From NCBI GenBank assembly GCA_001717025.1, contig MAGU01000051.1:227-64226 (forward strand): a stretch of 64,000 bases of DNA, written 5' to 3'. Origin of the DNA: Candidatus Methanomethylicus oleisabuli (lineage in GTDB: Archaea; Thermoproteota; Methanomethylicia; Methanomethylicales; Methanomethylicaceae). Of this stretch, positions 9,700 through 19,270 are shown piece after piece (the first letter of the stretch is position 1; every line of letters begins with the position of its first letter). The translations under genes and the position numbers were made by a program. The notes under the pieces are model-generated. The model made no database searches and was not told the origin of the DNA. It saw only the letters and a list, made by a program, of their open reading frames with translations.

Positions 9700-10620
9700 A
9701 TGGGCACCGAGGATAGCTGGAGTTTAATGCCAATGCTAATACCAAAAGCCGACAAGAGTAAGAGATTGCAAATCGGGTTTACCAAGACCTGCGATTGTCC
9801 TCCAAAGAATATCAGTTGCGTCACGGCAAAGGACTGGCTAAGGGGGATGGTGACGATTAAGGAATTCTATTATGAAGGTCGTGACATTCGGGACAAGGAT
9901 GTCCATCCCGCAGTATTCCCAATCTCCTTGCCTGCCCATTTTATTAAACTGCTCACTCATAAGGGAGCGCTTGTTCTTGACCCATTCATGGGGATAGGCT
10001 CGACCTTGGTTGCCGCACAGGACTTGGAGCGCAACGCCGTTGGCTTTGACCTTCAGCAGAAGTACGCAGATGTTGCGCTCACGAGGCTATCCCAAAGCAG
10101 ATTCGGGGAGAAGACAAGCCAGTTGGCAATAGTAGACGATGCCCACAACATTGCAGATTATCTAGATGAGGAGACCGTGGCATTGAGCATAACGTCGCCA
10201 CCTTACCCTCATTTTCTCACTCGCAAGAGAGAGAACAAGAGCATGAGGGGCGACCTGCGCAAGAATGGTCATTACCACAAGATACAGCAGTACTCAAACG
10301 ACCCGCGCGACTTAGGGTTAATGGACCACGACTCTTATGAAAAGACCTTGACCGAGATTTATAGAGGAATATTACCTCTCATGAAGAAGAGAGGGCACTG
10401 CATCATCAATGTGAACGATTTGTGGGAGGAGAATAAGCGCTATCCCACTCACATCTACGTTATTGAGGCATTGGCGAAGGCGGGCTTTGAGTTCAGGAAC
10501 ACATTCATCTGGGACAAGCGAAACCTCGTCAACCAAGTAGGAATTTTCGGATGGCCAAACAACTTCATTTCATTAGGAACTACGATGGAGTATATACTCG
10601 ACTTCTGGAGACCCGATTGA
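9700..10620 (+). CDS. DNA methyltransferase (SPPY catalytic motif; probable N4-cytosine or N6-adenine methylase)
   Basis: VLDPFMGIGSTLVAA (motif I, preceded by HPAVFP) is followed about 65 aa later by SITSPPYPH (motif IV), then FIWDK. The AdoMet-binding region precedes the catalytic motif (alpha/gamma-like order). GC content is visibly lower than the surroundings. Confidence 0.85.
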   Translation: MGTEDSWSLMPMLIPKADKSKRLQIGFTKTCDCPPKNISCVTAKDWLRGMVTIKEFYYEGRDIRDKDVHPAVFPISLPAHFIKLLTHKGALVLDPFMGIGSTLVAAQDLERNAVGFDLQQKYADVALTRLSQSRFGEKTSQLAIVDDAHNIADYLDEETVALSITSPPYPHFLTRKRENKSMRGDLRKNGHYHKIQQYSNDPRDLGLMDHDSYEKTLTEIYRGILPLMKKRGHCIINVNDLWEENKRYPTHIYVIEALAKAGFEFRNTFIWDKRNLVNQVGIFGWPNNFISLGTTMEYILDFWRPD

Positions 10621-10626
10621 TCGCAA

Positions 10627-11342
10627 TCATCTATGTCTTGATGGTGGCGCTTTGTATGCCTGCAGGCTTATTGGCAAATCCGAGAGCTTGTGGAACTCTT
10701 TGGTCAGGAAGTTGCCAAACTTCTCATACAGCTCATCGTTAATGTAGATCTCCTTCATTCCCCTGCTTATCATGTCCTCAGCTTTCGTCCTGTTGAAATC
10801 CGGGTCTGGTAGGAACAGAACGAACATGCCCTTGGGAATCTGAACACATCAATGTCTTCTGACCATCGTTCCCTCAACGTCCTCTTGACTGCGACAGCCA
10901 CGCCCCTTTCGGGGGTTGATGAGAGAACATCGTTAGATGGAATCACAAGATCAGGTCGATAGCCCTTATCCTTAATCCTTCCCTTCTCGCAGGGAATGCC
11001 CATCGCGTTAAGGACTAACCGGAGGATGCCTTCTTAGGATGATCCACCTCTCGCCCTTCTCGTATTCGATATACTCGTGACCAAGTTATCGGTTATGAAC
11101 GCTCTAGACGCCATATCTGCATCTTTCTTTGAGAGCCCTTCACGTATCAATTTGCTGCGCACGGCCTGCACCTCCTCCTTAAGATAGATCTCATGCGCCT
11201 TCTTCTCAATCTCCTCTACGACCTTCGCAAAATTGCTGCCATTCACAAGCTCGTTTAGACTCGCGCTCTTCTTTTCACGAATAACTTCTGCAATCCCCCT
11301 TTGCAGTATCTCATCTACCAGTGGGATGTCCAATTTTGCCAA
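10627..11342 (-). pseudogene. disrupted gene: three collinear ORF fragments (in-frame TAA then frameshift)
   Basis: ORFs 11034..11342 and 10770..11003 are in the same frame, separated by a TAA at 11034-11036. ORF 10627..10827 overlaps in another frame. A GYRPDLVIPSNDVL...AVAVK segment weakly resembles a PD-(D/E)xK nuclease core. The region is low-GC and abuts the methyltransferase. Confidence 0.35.
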
Positions 11343-11560
11343 CTTACTGCCTCATTCTGTTCATCTACTCTTTATGTTAATAAACCGCTCTGCAAAAATC
11401 CAAGATCAACTCTGCACTCCGATCCGCAGATGACTACGAGTCAGTACAAACGTATGTGTGGAGATCTGATTTTTACTTTAAAAAGGGCATGTTTTTTATG
11501 CAAAAAGGGACAACTATATTGCCGTGAGGATCATCCGTTAAAGTTGAAGAGCGTGTTATG

Positions 11561-12583
11561 ATGATCAAATTGACTAAGGTTACCGCCTCCGCACCCGGCA
11601 AGGTCGCCCTCTTCGGGGAGCACGCTGTCGTATATGGGTACCCTGCTATGGCAGGCGCGATAGACCGGCGCGTCTATGTCTCCGTAGAGGAGAGGAGCGA
11701 CGACCTGATCAAGATCCATGCGATGGACTTGAGCGTGCCTGGCATCGTGCTTACGATAGGCGGGACCGGAAAGGACGTTGCCGTCGAGACCGATTACAGA
11801 CGCATCATGGATGCCGTTGGCTACGTTCGGAAGGCAATTGAGGTCACCTCGAACATATGCGACCTGAAGAAGGGAGTAACCGTCCACATAAGGTCGGAGA
11901 TGCCGGTGGGTGCCGGTCTAGGGACCTCAGCGGCTGTGAGCGTAGCGACCATTATGGCATACTCTGCTGTTGGAGGTCATGCACTAAACAGCGAGGAGGT
12001 CTCCGCGCTCGGACACAGGGTCGAGCTTGAGGTACAGGGCGCCGCCAGCCCAATGGACTCCGCAGTAGCGGCCCATGGCGGCATACTCCTTATCCGTCCG
12101 ATGCTCAGAGAGGCCTCGCTGACGCCGGTTAAGGCTGAACTTGGTCTGCCGCTCGTCGTAGGGTATACCCCTAGAGAGTGTGGCACAGGAGAGATGCTGC
12201 GCAGGGTCAGGAACCTGAGGGACGCGGCGCCGGAGTCCGTGGACTCGATCCTATGCTCGATCGGGAAGGTGGTCTCTGAGGCGGATTCTGCCATGAGGAG
12301 CGGTGACCTCCGGAGGGTTGGCATGCTTATGAACGTCAACCATGGCCTCCTCGAGTCGCTCGGTGTATCGACAAAGAAGATCAACGAGATGGTCTACTCT
12401 GCCCGATCAGCCGGTGCTTTGGGGTCGAAGCTGACCGGCGCTGGCGGCGGGGGGTGCATGATCTCGCTCTGCCCGGACAGGGAGGCTGAGGTCATGACTG
12501 CCATATCAGTAGCGGGGGGCACGGCATTCATATCTTCCATATCAAGTAGGGGCGTCTGCATCGAGAAGGGCGAGAGCATCTAG
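11561..12583 (+). CDS. mvk: mevalonate kinase (GHMP kinase family)
   Basis: N-terminal APGKVALFGEHAVVYG matches the mevalonate kinase motif. The GHMP ATP-binding loop PVGAGLGTSAA is present. Length is about 340 aa. Confidence 0.8.
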   Translation: MIKLTKVTASAPGKVALFGEHAVVYGYPAMAGAIDRRVYVSVEERSDDLIKIHAMDLSVPGIVLTIGGTGKDVAVETDYRRIMDAVGYVRKAIEVTSNICDLKKGVTVHIRSEMPVGAGLGTSAAVSVATIMAYSAVGGHALNSEEVSALGHRVELEVQGAASPMDSAVAAHGGILLIRPMLREASLTPVKAELGLPLVVGYTPRECGTGEMLRRVRNLRDAAPESVDSILCSIGKVVSEADSAMRSGDLRRVGMLMNVNHGLLESLGVSTKKINEMVYSARSAGALGSKLTGAGGGGCMISLCPDREAEVMTAISVAGGTAFISSISSRGVCIEKGESI

Positions 12584-13116
12584 CCACTTACACGCCTGCC
12601 TTTAATACCTCCTCTGAAAGCTCCTATGCAATCATCAATCTTTGGGGCTATCTTCTCCGAGAGCCTTAACAATTCGCCATCGCTTCCATGCCATCGCCCT
12701 GTCCAGTCGATGCCTTTGCAAGTAGACGCTGCCAAAATGTGCCTCTTGGTTACTATGAACGGGTGGCGCCTGCACGTATCCGGTCTAAGGTCGTAGTGGC
12801 TGCACCTGCTACCTTCGAGGAAGACGCATGCGTCGTCGACCATCTTCATCTTCCGCTCAGCACCCGTCAGTGCAATCTCCTCCTCGCTCATCGGCTCCGT
12901 GCATGCCTCTGCATATTTCCCGAGCCTAATGATGTCTCCTCCAAACAGTGCGATGACCTTTCCGGTACAGCAACGCGCACATAATGTGCATTCAAATGCC
13001 GGGATGTAGCAGGATAGCAACATCTCTATCTGCGGAACAGGCTCCACGTCTTTCACCGTTGCGTGGTCTCTGCTTGACCTTCTTGTTGCCTTAACCATAT
13101 CTTTGCGCCTGTCCAT
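12580..13116 (-). CDS. YkgJ/UPF0153-family CxxCxxCC metal-binding domain protein
   Basis: ECTLCARCC (CxxCxxCC) near the N-terminus and additional Cys downstream. The 178-aa size is typical of this family. Confidence 0.5.
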   Translation of the reverse strand: MDRRKDMVKATRRSSRDHATVKDVEPVPQIEMLLSCYIPAFECTLCARCCTGKVIALFGGDIIRLGKYAEACTEPMSEEEIALTGAERKMKMVDDACVFLEGSRCSHYDLRPDTCRRHPFIVTKRHILAASTCKGIDWTGRWHGSDGELLRLSEKIAPKIDDCIGAFRGGIKGRRVSG

Positions 13117-13178
13117 GACATTTCATATTCATATCATAACTGCTTTGCCATCGCCGCTAAAATCTTTAACTGAAATGG

Positions 13179-13192
13179 TAATTTTTATATGG
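13179..13192 (+). promoter_or_regulatory. archaeal TATA-like box (atttttatat) about 27-35 nt upstream of the ATG at 13218; probable leaderless transcript
   Basis: AT-rich box in a GC-rich context at the spacing expected for archaeal TBP/TFB promoters. Confidence 0.4.
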
Positions 13193-13217
13193 CTGGATTA
13201 TCTATCCATATTATTTG

Positions 13218-13676
13218 ATGGCTATGAGAACCAATCTATGGGCGATCGTCTCTGTGGTCTTTCTTGTGTGGGCCGTGGCTGCAACCTCGATGGCAGCAAG
13301 CTACTTCCAGACAACCCAGAACCAGCAGAAGATTATAGACAGTATGCAGGACCTTATAGATGAAGTTACGATAAAAGCGAGCATTGCTATCGACTATGGA
13401 AATGGTACTACCGTTTGGTATAACGATACAGTATTTCCTGTCGGCATTAACCTGTTCAACGCTACCCTGAAGATTGCCAACCTCACATACTACACTTCGT
13501 ACGATGTCTTTGTAACCGGAATTAATGGCGTAATGCAGAATGCCACAAGCGGGCAGTTCTGGGTATATGAGGTCTGGAATAATGGGACATGGGAAATTGA
13601 CTGGTCTACGACAGTAACCACCTTCGTCGTCGGTAACCACCAGCTCATTAGGTGGTCTCTACATGCTTGGGCCTAA
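13218..13676 (+). CDS. secreted hypothetical protein with signal peptide and multiple N-glycosylation sequons
   Basis: N-terminal MAMRTNLWAIVSVVFLVWAVAATSMAAS has an h-region followed by an AxA-like cleavage site. There are six or more N-x-S/T sequons. The region is low-GC. Confidence 0.45.
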   Translation: MAMRTNLWAIVSVVFLVWAVAATSMAASYFQTTQNQQKIIDSMQDLIDEVTIKASIAIDYGNGTTVWYNDTVFPVGINLFNATLKIANLTYYTSYDVFVTGINGVMQNATSGQFWVYEVWNNGTWEIDWSTTVTTFVVGNHQLIRWSLHAWA

Positions 13677-13797
13677 GGACTAATTGCGAACGCATATGCC
13701 TATTCAGGACGGTCACTTGCAAAAGGATATTCAACGACGGCTTTTTTTATTTTTTACCATCTTGATGAAGATGCCCCTCGATGTGCGATGCTTCAGC

Positions 13798-14355
13798 TCA
13801 TAACTTTGTTATTTTGTTCTTTAGCAACACATTCGCAATTGCAACTACCAATATTGCCGTGACCCCCTCAGTGACAGGGCCCATGCCGTACACGTATCCC
13901 CCTCCCACCGGCATGAATAATCCCAATATGCCCCATAATAGGGCGACCGACAACGCCGTTCCTGAAAAAACAAATAACGCAATGGAGCTTAACACGTCAA
14001 ATGCAAGCATGATCAAGTATGTCCCTACCCCTACCCCTATCTTGGATATGGCTGTCCTATTGCTTCTCTTCCAGATCAATCCCGAGATAATGCCTATGCC
14101 TCCCATCAGAAGCATGTTTGTAATCGTCCATAGGCCCGCCAGTCCAATAAAAATGTCTGAGATCAGATATGAGCCCACGCCAACTACAAGCCCTATAACC
14201 GGCCCAAGAATTATCCCTGAGACTATGGTAAAGACGCCTGGGAAGTTGACGAATTGGATCGGACCTACTATCGATGCCTTCATCACTCTCAAGGTCACTG
14301 CCAACGCTATCATCAAGGCGGTGTATGCAATCCTCTTGCTCCGGCTGCGCATAAT
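13798..14355 (-). CDS. polytopic membrane protein (ECF-transporter S-component-like)
   Basis: Five to six hydrophobic helices, Gly-rich (GIILGPVIGLVVGVG). The start is placed at the internal MRSRSKR because the longer ORF would collide with the divergent apbC start. The opposite-strand 245-aa ORF is P/T-rich and rejected. Confidence 0.4.
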   Translation of the reverse strand: MMRSRSKRIAYTALMIALAVTLRVMKASIVGPIQFVNFPGVFTIVSGIILGPVIGLVVGVGSYLISDIFIGLAGLWTITNMLLMGGIGIISGLIWKRSNRTAISKIGVGVGTYLIMLAFDVLSSIALFVFSGTALSVALLWGILGLFMPVGGGYVYGMGPVTEGVTAILVVAIANVLLKNKITKL

Positions 14356-14465
14356 CCCATCGTTAAACATAATATGGATAGTATATCCATCCATATTAAA
14401 AACTATCGCGTATCGGAGAGGATATAAGTTTCTGGCAATATCTCCTCTCATTCAGGTGCATTCCT

Positions 14466-15527
14466 TTGGTCGACCAGAATCAGATCCTTGGACTCTTGAA
14501 GACGGTTGTCGACAATGAGCTGAATATGGACATAGTGACCGCCGGCATGGTAAGGTCACTCCGCGTAGATGGATCTTCGGTTTATGTTAATATCGCATTG
14601 ACATCAGACAAGTGCCCCATGGGCCAGAAGATAAAGGAGGAAGTCGAGGAGACCATCAAGAGCATGGAGGGCGTTGAATCTGTCAACATCGAGCTGTCTG
14701 CCATGAATGCGGATGAGCAGAATGCCCTGCTGGAGAAGCTCAAGGAGAGGGGCTCCAGGGCGGCCGCTCCTGCACCGCCTGAGAAGTTGCCGAAGAAGGA
14801 CATAAAGCAGATCATAGCCGTCTTATCCGGCAAGGGCGGAGTCGGAAAATCCACGGTGACTTCGATGCTCGCTGTGGAGCTATCAAGGCGTGGGTTCAAG
14901 GTGGGCGTCCTAGACGCCGACATAACCGGTCCCAGCATCCCCAAGATGTTCGGCGTCATCGAGGCGCCGTTCGTCCTTGAAGGCAGGATCATCCCTGCCT
15001 CGTCGAAGGGCGGCATCAAGATCATGTCAATGAACCTGCTGCTGGGCGGGGAGGAGGACGCACCAGTCATCTGGCGCGGTCCCCTCATAAGCAGCGCGAT
15101 CCGGCAGTTCTTCACCGACGTGGACTGGGCGGAGCTAGATTATTTGGTCGTCGACCTCCCTCCTGGCACGAGCGACGCGCAGCTCACCGTTCTACAGCTG
15201 ATACCCGTTGACGGGATAGTCGTGGTCTCATCCCCGCAAGAATTGGCCAGCGTCATCGTAGGAAAGGCGGTTACGATGTCTAAGCGCCTTGCCGTGCCCA
15301 TACTGGGGGTAATCGAAAACATGAGCTACGTTAAGTGCCCGCACTGCGGCGTGCAGATAAACATCTTCGGCGAGTCGCGCGGGCACCTGCTTGCAGACGG
15401 TATCAACACGAAGTATCTGGGCGCGCTGCCGATCGACCCTGCGCTATCCAAGGCTTGCGATGAGGGTAAGATCGAGGAATACACCAGCGACGCCTTCAAG
15501 GCAGTCGCGGCAAAACTCCTCGGCTGA
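14466..15527 (+). CDS. apbC: Fe-S cluster carrier ATPase Mrp/ApbC/NBP35 with N-terminal DUF59 (MIP18-like) domain
   Basis: DUF59-like N-terminus (LKTVVDNELNMDIVTAGMV). Deviant Walker A SGKGGVGKSTV. A CPHCG motif (Mrp family CxxC) is present. The start is TTG. Confidence 0.85.
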   Translation: MVDQNQILGLLKTVVDNELNMDIVTAGMVRSLRVDGSSVYVNIALTSDKCPMGQKIKEEVEETIKSMEGVESVNIELSAMNADEQNALLEKLKERGSRAAAPAPPEKLPKKDIKQIIAVLSGKGGVGKSTVTSMLAVELSRRGFKVGVLDADITGPSIPKMFGVIEAPFVLEGRIIPASSKGGIKIMSMNLLLGGEEDAPVIWRGPLISSAIRQFFTDVDWAELDYLVVDLPPGTSDAQLTVLQLIPVDGIVVVSSPQELASVIVGKAVTMSKRLAVPILGVIENMSYVKCPHCGVQINIFGESRGHLLADGINTKYLGALPIDPALSKACDEGKIEEYTSDAFKAVAAKLLG

Positions 15528-15578
15528 TCGGTGATGCTTCAATTGTCAGATGAAGAACAAGCGCCCCAAAAGAAGAAG

Positions 15579-16022
15579 ATGGATTACGCAATAGTGCCCG
15601 CTATACTCAAGGATGCCGAGGGTATAGCCGCGGTTCTCCGCGCCTCTTTCCCCGGGGATGCCGCTCATTACAAGGTCCATAGCTGGGGCGAAGAAGCAAG
15701 GCAGATCATGCGCACGAACAAGAACTGGCTCTGCCTAGTCGCAATGAGTGAGGGGGAGATTATTGGGCTAATTGCATGCCGGCACCTGAAGACGAAGCCG
15801 CTACCTACCATCAGGATAGAGTGGCTTGCCGTATCGCCCGACGCGCGTGGGATGGGGGTAGGAAAATCCCTCATTGAGGCAGTAAAGCAGTGGTCGAGCG
15901 AGTCGTTTGGAGAGCAAACTGTCAGGCTGACGCTTAGGGCGAGGAGCGAGCGGCAGGACTTTTACAGGAAGATGGGCTTCAGATGCTACGGCAAGGGCTG
16001 GATGAAGATGCGTACCGATTAA
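15579..16022 (+). CDS. GNAT family N-acetyltransferase
   Basis: WLAVSPDARGMGVGKSLIE matches the acetyl-CoA binding motif A (Q/RxxGxG/A). The start is uncertain (15531 GTG, 15534 ATG or 15579 ATG). Confidence 0.7.
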   Translation: MDYAIVPAILKDAEGIAAVLRASFPGDAAHYKVHSWGEEARQIMRTNKNWLCLVAMSEGEIIGLIACRHLKTKPLPTIRIEWLAVSPDARGMGVGKSLIEAVKQWSSESFGEQTVRLTLRARSERQDFYRKMGFRCYGKGWMKMRTD

Positions 16023-17212
16023 TCATTCGAGCGGCTCTTTGAAATCCGCCACTGAGTCAGCGCCATCGCGGCTGACGCCACGAGCGCGAATGCCGCTCCA
16101 TAGCCGAAGGTCGCCGCGCTACCCAGCGCGCTGAATATGAATCCTGCTGCTAGGTTCGTTGGCAGCGCCACTATCCCGATGGCGGTATTGTATATCCCGT
16201 ATGCCGTGCCTTTGTATTCGTATGGCACGAGGCTTGGGACGATCGCCCTCTGCGACGTCTCAATAACCCCTTGGTGCAGTCCGAAGAGTGCTGCACCAAC
16301 TACAAATATATGAGTGCTCGGCGCCAGCGATATGGTTAGGAATGACGTGAAGAGTAAAGCATAGCCAATTTGGACTGCCTTGAACCTTCCCAGTCTGTCT
16401 GATATCACTCCTGCCGGGTAGCCTGCAAGTACGTGGCATGCTTGAATGCCAGCATAGAGGAGTGCGGTATACTCTGTAGGCAATCCCATCTCGATGCCCC
16501 TCAGCAGTATGAACGAGTAGCTTATAGCCGCAACAGCATAGAGCGTGGCAGATCCAATGAACATCGAGAACGTCCCGTTCATTATCTTAGTCGCCCCCTT
16601 GAGGGCGGTCTTGTCCGCGTTCTGCCTTCGCTTCGGCTCTTTCACGAATATAGACAGGACCGCAACTGCTATGCTTCCGGGTATTATGGTGAAGAGGAAT
16701 ATTCCTCCAAACCCTAAGGGGGAAAGGAGTGCGAACGCAAGCAGCGGTCCCACGACTGCGCCCAGTTGGTCTAGGGTCCTGTGAATCCCGAACGCCTTGC
16801 CCATCTTACTCTCCTCTGCGCCGTCTGCGATTATGGCGTCTCGGGGCGGCGTCCTTATTCCCTTGCCGATTCTGTCAGCCATCCTCAGAGCCATCACCTG
16901 AGGCCAGCTCGAGACCAACCCCATAAGCGGCTTGACGAAGTTCGACAGGCTATATCCCGCCATTGTGAGCCGCTTTCTGTCTCCTGTCTTGTCCGCGACT
17001 ACCCCTGCCGCAAGCTTCAGGAACGAGGTCAGGCTCTCTGCAACACCCTCTATTGTTCCGATGATCTCGGGGGCGGTGCCAAGGGTGACGAACAGGAATG
17101 CCGGCAGCACTGCTGCTATCAGCTCGGTGCTCACATCCGTGAAGAAGCTGACAACTCCTAGGAAGAGTATGTTCGAGGACACCCCTAGGAAGAGCCTGTC
17201 CTTACCCATCAT
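16019..17212 (-). CDS. MFS transporter
   Basis: 397 aa with about 12 predicted TM segments. An MFS-like DRxGRK motif (ADKTGDRKRL) sits between TM2 and TM3. Confidence 0.75.
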   Translation of the reverse strand: MMGKDRLFLGVSSNILFLGVVSFFTDVSTELIAAVLPAFLFVTLGTAPEIIGTIEGVAESLTSFLKLAAGVVADKTGDRKRLTMAGYSLSNFVKPLMGLVSSWPQVMALRMADRIGKGIRTPPRDAIIADGAEESKMGKAFGIHRTLDQLGAVVGPLLAFALLSPLGFGGIFLFTIIPGSIAVAVLSIFVKEPKRRQNADKTALKGATKIMNGTFSMFIGSATLYAVAAISYSFILLRGIEMGLPTEYTALLYAGIQACHVLAGYPAGVISDRLGRFKAVQIGYALLFTSFLTISLAPSTHIFVVGAALFGLHQGVIETSQRAIVPSLVPYEYKGTAYGIYNTAIGIVALPTNLAAGFIFSALGSAATFGYGAAFALVASAAMALTQWRISKSRSND

Positions 17213-17330
17213 GCTCGCATCATCTCCAATGCCTATCCGAGCTCAGCTTTTGCCACTCATGAATAGCCTGTGGCATCCTGGTTCACGGCAAAAAATAATG
17301 GGTGAGGCGGCATCCTTGATGTTGGGCTGG

Positions 17331-18683
17331 CTAAACGCCCTTGGCATACTTCACGGCCCTCTCGACAAGCTCCGCAGCCTTGCCTGTGTAGTTCTCCGCG
17401 TTTGTAAGTGCCTCGATCTCGCTCCTACTCAGGCACGCCGTTACCTCCGGCATCTCTGCCAGCACGTCTCCGATGGCTTTTCCCTCGTTGAACGCCTTAA
17501 CTGAAGCCTGCCTCATAAGCTCGTGGGCCTTCTGCCTCCCAACCCCCCTCTTTGCAAGAGCCATCATCACAGCCTCCGTCAAGATCATTCCCTTCGTTAG
17601 TCCGAGGTTCCGCCTCATATTCTCAGGGAATACCCTCAGCCCTCCCATAACCTTGGTAGTCGTGATGAGCATCTCATCAAGGATTATGAACGCCATCGGG
17701 ATCTCAAACCTCTCGCTACTGGAGTCGGTCAGATCCCTCTCATGCCAGAGTGGCACGTTCTCCAGAGCCGGTACTACTAGCCCTCTCATCACCTTTGCCA
17801 GCCCCGAGACCTTCTCGCAGTCCACTGGGTTCTGCTTGTGTGGCATCGTGCTGCTCCCTACCTGGGCCTTAGCTTCGAACCCCTCCGCCGCCTCCATTAT
17901 CTCCGTCCGCTGCAGGTTCCTGATCTCGGTAGCAATGCGATCGAGCCCCGAGGCTGCGATGGCTGCCCAGCATACGAACTCTGCGATCCTGTCCCTACAC
18001 ACAACCTGCGTGGTGATGACTGCCGGGCTGAGCTTGAGCCTCTCCATGACGAGCCTCTCTACCATTAATGCCTTATCGCCTTGGCTTGACATCGTCCCAA
18101 CGGCACCACTCATCTTGCCTGCCACGAGGCGCGGCTTCAGTTCCCTGAGCCTCTCCAAGTTCCTTGCCGCCTCAGCCGCATAGACCGCCATCTTGAACCC
18201 GAACGTTATCGGTATCGCATGCTGACCGTGAGTCCTCCCGACCTCCACCAAATCCTTATACTTCAACGCGAGGTCACAGAGCAGATCCTTGAGCGACTCA
18301 ATTCTTGCTTCGAGCAGATCCACGCCATCCCTCATGATCAATGCCCAGCTCGTATCGACGATGTCGTAGCTAGTCGCCCCCCAGTGGACATACTTCCCAC
18401 TGCCATCGGGGCCGCACTCCTCTGACAGGGCCTCTACCATTGCCATGATGTCGTGATGAGTCTTCTTCTCCCTCTCCTTGACCTTCTCCGGGGTAACCTT
18501 ACCCGTGTTTGCGTTCCTGCCTATCTCCTCAGCAGCCTCTTTTGGGATCTCTCCAAGCTCGGCGAGAGCATAAGCGAGCGCAGCCTCAACATCCAAGTAG
18601 CGCTGCAGCCGCCCCTCCTCATCGAAGAGTTCCTTCATCTCCTTGCTTCCATACCTTCCAGTGTCGATTGGGCAGACGGGCAT
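17331..18683 (-). CDS. purB: adenylosuccinate lyase
   Basis: Fumarate-lyase signature GSSTMPHKQNPV and HWGATSYDIVDT motif. The PurB-like N-terminus is RYGSKEM. The start is placed at the internal Met. Confidence 0.8.
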   Translation of the reverse strand: MPVCPIDTGRYGSKEMKELFDEEGRLQRYLDVEAALAYALAELGEIPKEAAEEIGRNANTGKVTPEKVKEREKKTHHDIMAMVEALSEECGPDGSGKYVHWGATSYDIVDTSWALIMRDGVDLLEARIESLKDLLCDLALKYKDLVEVGRTHGQHAIPITFGFKMAVYAAEAARNLERLRELKPRLVAGKMSGAVGTMSSQGDKALMVERLVMERLKLSPAVITTQVVCRDRIAEFVCWAAIAASGLDRIATEIRNLQRTEIMEAAEGFEAKAQVGSSTMPHKQNPVDCEKVSGLAKVMRGLVVPALENVPLWHERDLTDSSSERFEIPMAFIILDEMLITTTKVMGGLRVFPENMRRNLGLTKGMILTEAVMMALAKRGVGRQKAHELMRQASVKAFNEGKAIGDVLAEMPEVTACLSRSEIEALTNAENYTGKAAELVERAVKYAKGV

Positions 18684-18805
18684 TTTATCAAATCTCCAAG
18701 TGAGTGAGTTACTCCGCAAACCATTCATAAACTTACGCATTATCTTAATATACAACTTGTGCCCGTTTCAATTTGCTGATTTGAGCCTGTTTTGATCTAA
18801 CAAAA

Positions 18806-18830
18806 GTGTACAAATTATTATTTTGTACAC
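18806..18830. promoter_or_regulatory. perfect inverted repeat GTGTACAAA-N7-TTTGTACAC immediately upstream of a TATA-like box (tttatata) preceding the hydrogenase operon
   Basis: 9-bp perfect palindromic arms read directly from the sequence. AT-rich promoter context at about 18836-18850. The first plausible ATG of the operon is at 18899. Confidence 0.5.
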
Positions 18831-18898
18831 ATTCGGATAATTTATATATGACTTATCACAAATATACAACCAGCATTGTTGTTAGTGGGTGTTTTTCG

Positions 18899-19270
18899 AT
18901 GAATGGACACATTACACCTAAGCCCAAGCCCGCCTCTCAAAGGCTCTCTCTCATCATCGCCTTCTCGCTTATGGCTGTCGGTCTTATCGGCGTAATGGCT
19001 GCGAGTATTTACTCTGATTTTATCTTGCTTATGGCTTTTGTCGAGATAACTACCGTCGCGATGTTCTTCATCCTCATCCTCAGCCTTATCCCGGCGTACT
19101 TCCCTGATCATGTTGATGCCGAGTCTATATTCTACAGCGGTCTTGCAAAGGAGCCGTATATGTCAAACGATTGGGTATACCGGCCGAACGTCCCTCTGCT
19201 CAACGTTGGATACGACCACGATTGGGACCACTATTATGACCGGAAGGCAGTGAGGGTGGAACCGCAATGA
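18899..19270 (+). CDS. small two-TM membrane protein, first gene of the hydrogenase operon (possible Mrp-like small subunit)
   Basis: Two strongly hydrophobic helices. Its stop overlaps the start of the next gene (ATGA at 19267-19270). The listed ORF start (GTG 18806) lies inside the palindrome and is rejected. Confidence 0.4.
   Translation: MNGHITPKPKPASQRLSLIIAFSLMAVGLIGVMAASIYSDFILLMAFVEITTVAMFFILILSLIPAYFPDHVDAESIFYSGLAKEPYMSNDWVYRPNVPLLNVGYDHDWDHYYDRKAVRVEPQ

Noticed and set aside
13781-14518. 245-aa plus-strand ORF overlapping the membrane-protein gene
   Set aside because: The translation is Pro/Thr-rich low complexity with no motifs. The antisense frame encodes a well-formed polytopic membrane protein, so the plus ORF is taken as a GC-frame artefact.
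18806-18898. GTG start at 18806 for the first hydrogenase-operon gene (listed ORF)
   Set aside because: It would place the start codon inside the promoter palindrome and upstream of the TATA-like box. The N-terminal 31 residues are non-hydrophobic junk before a clean Met plus TM segment.
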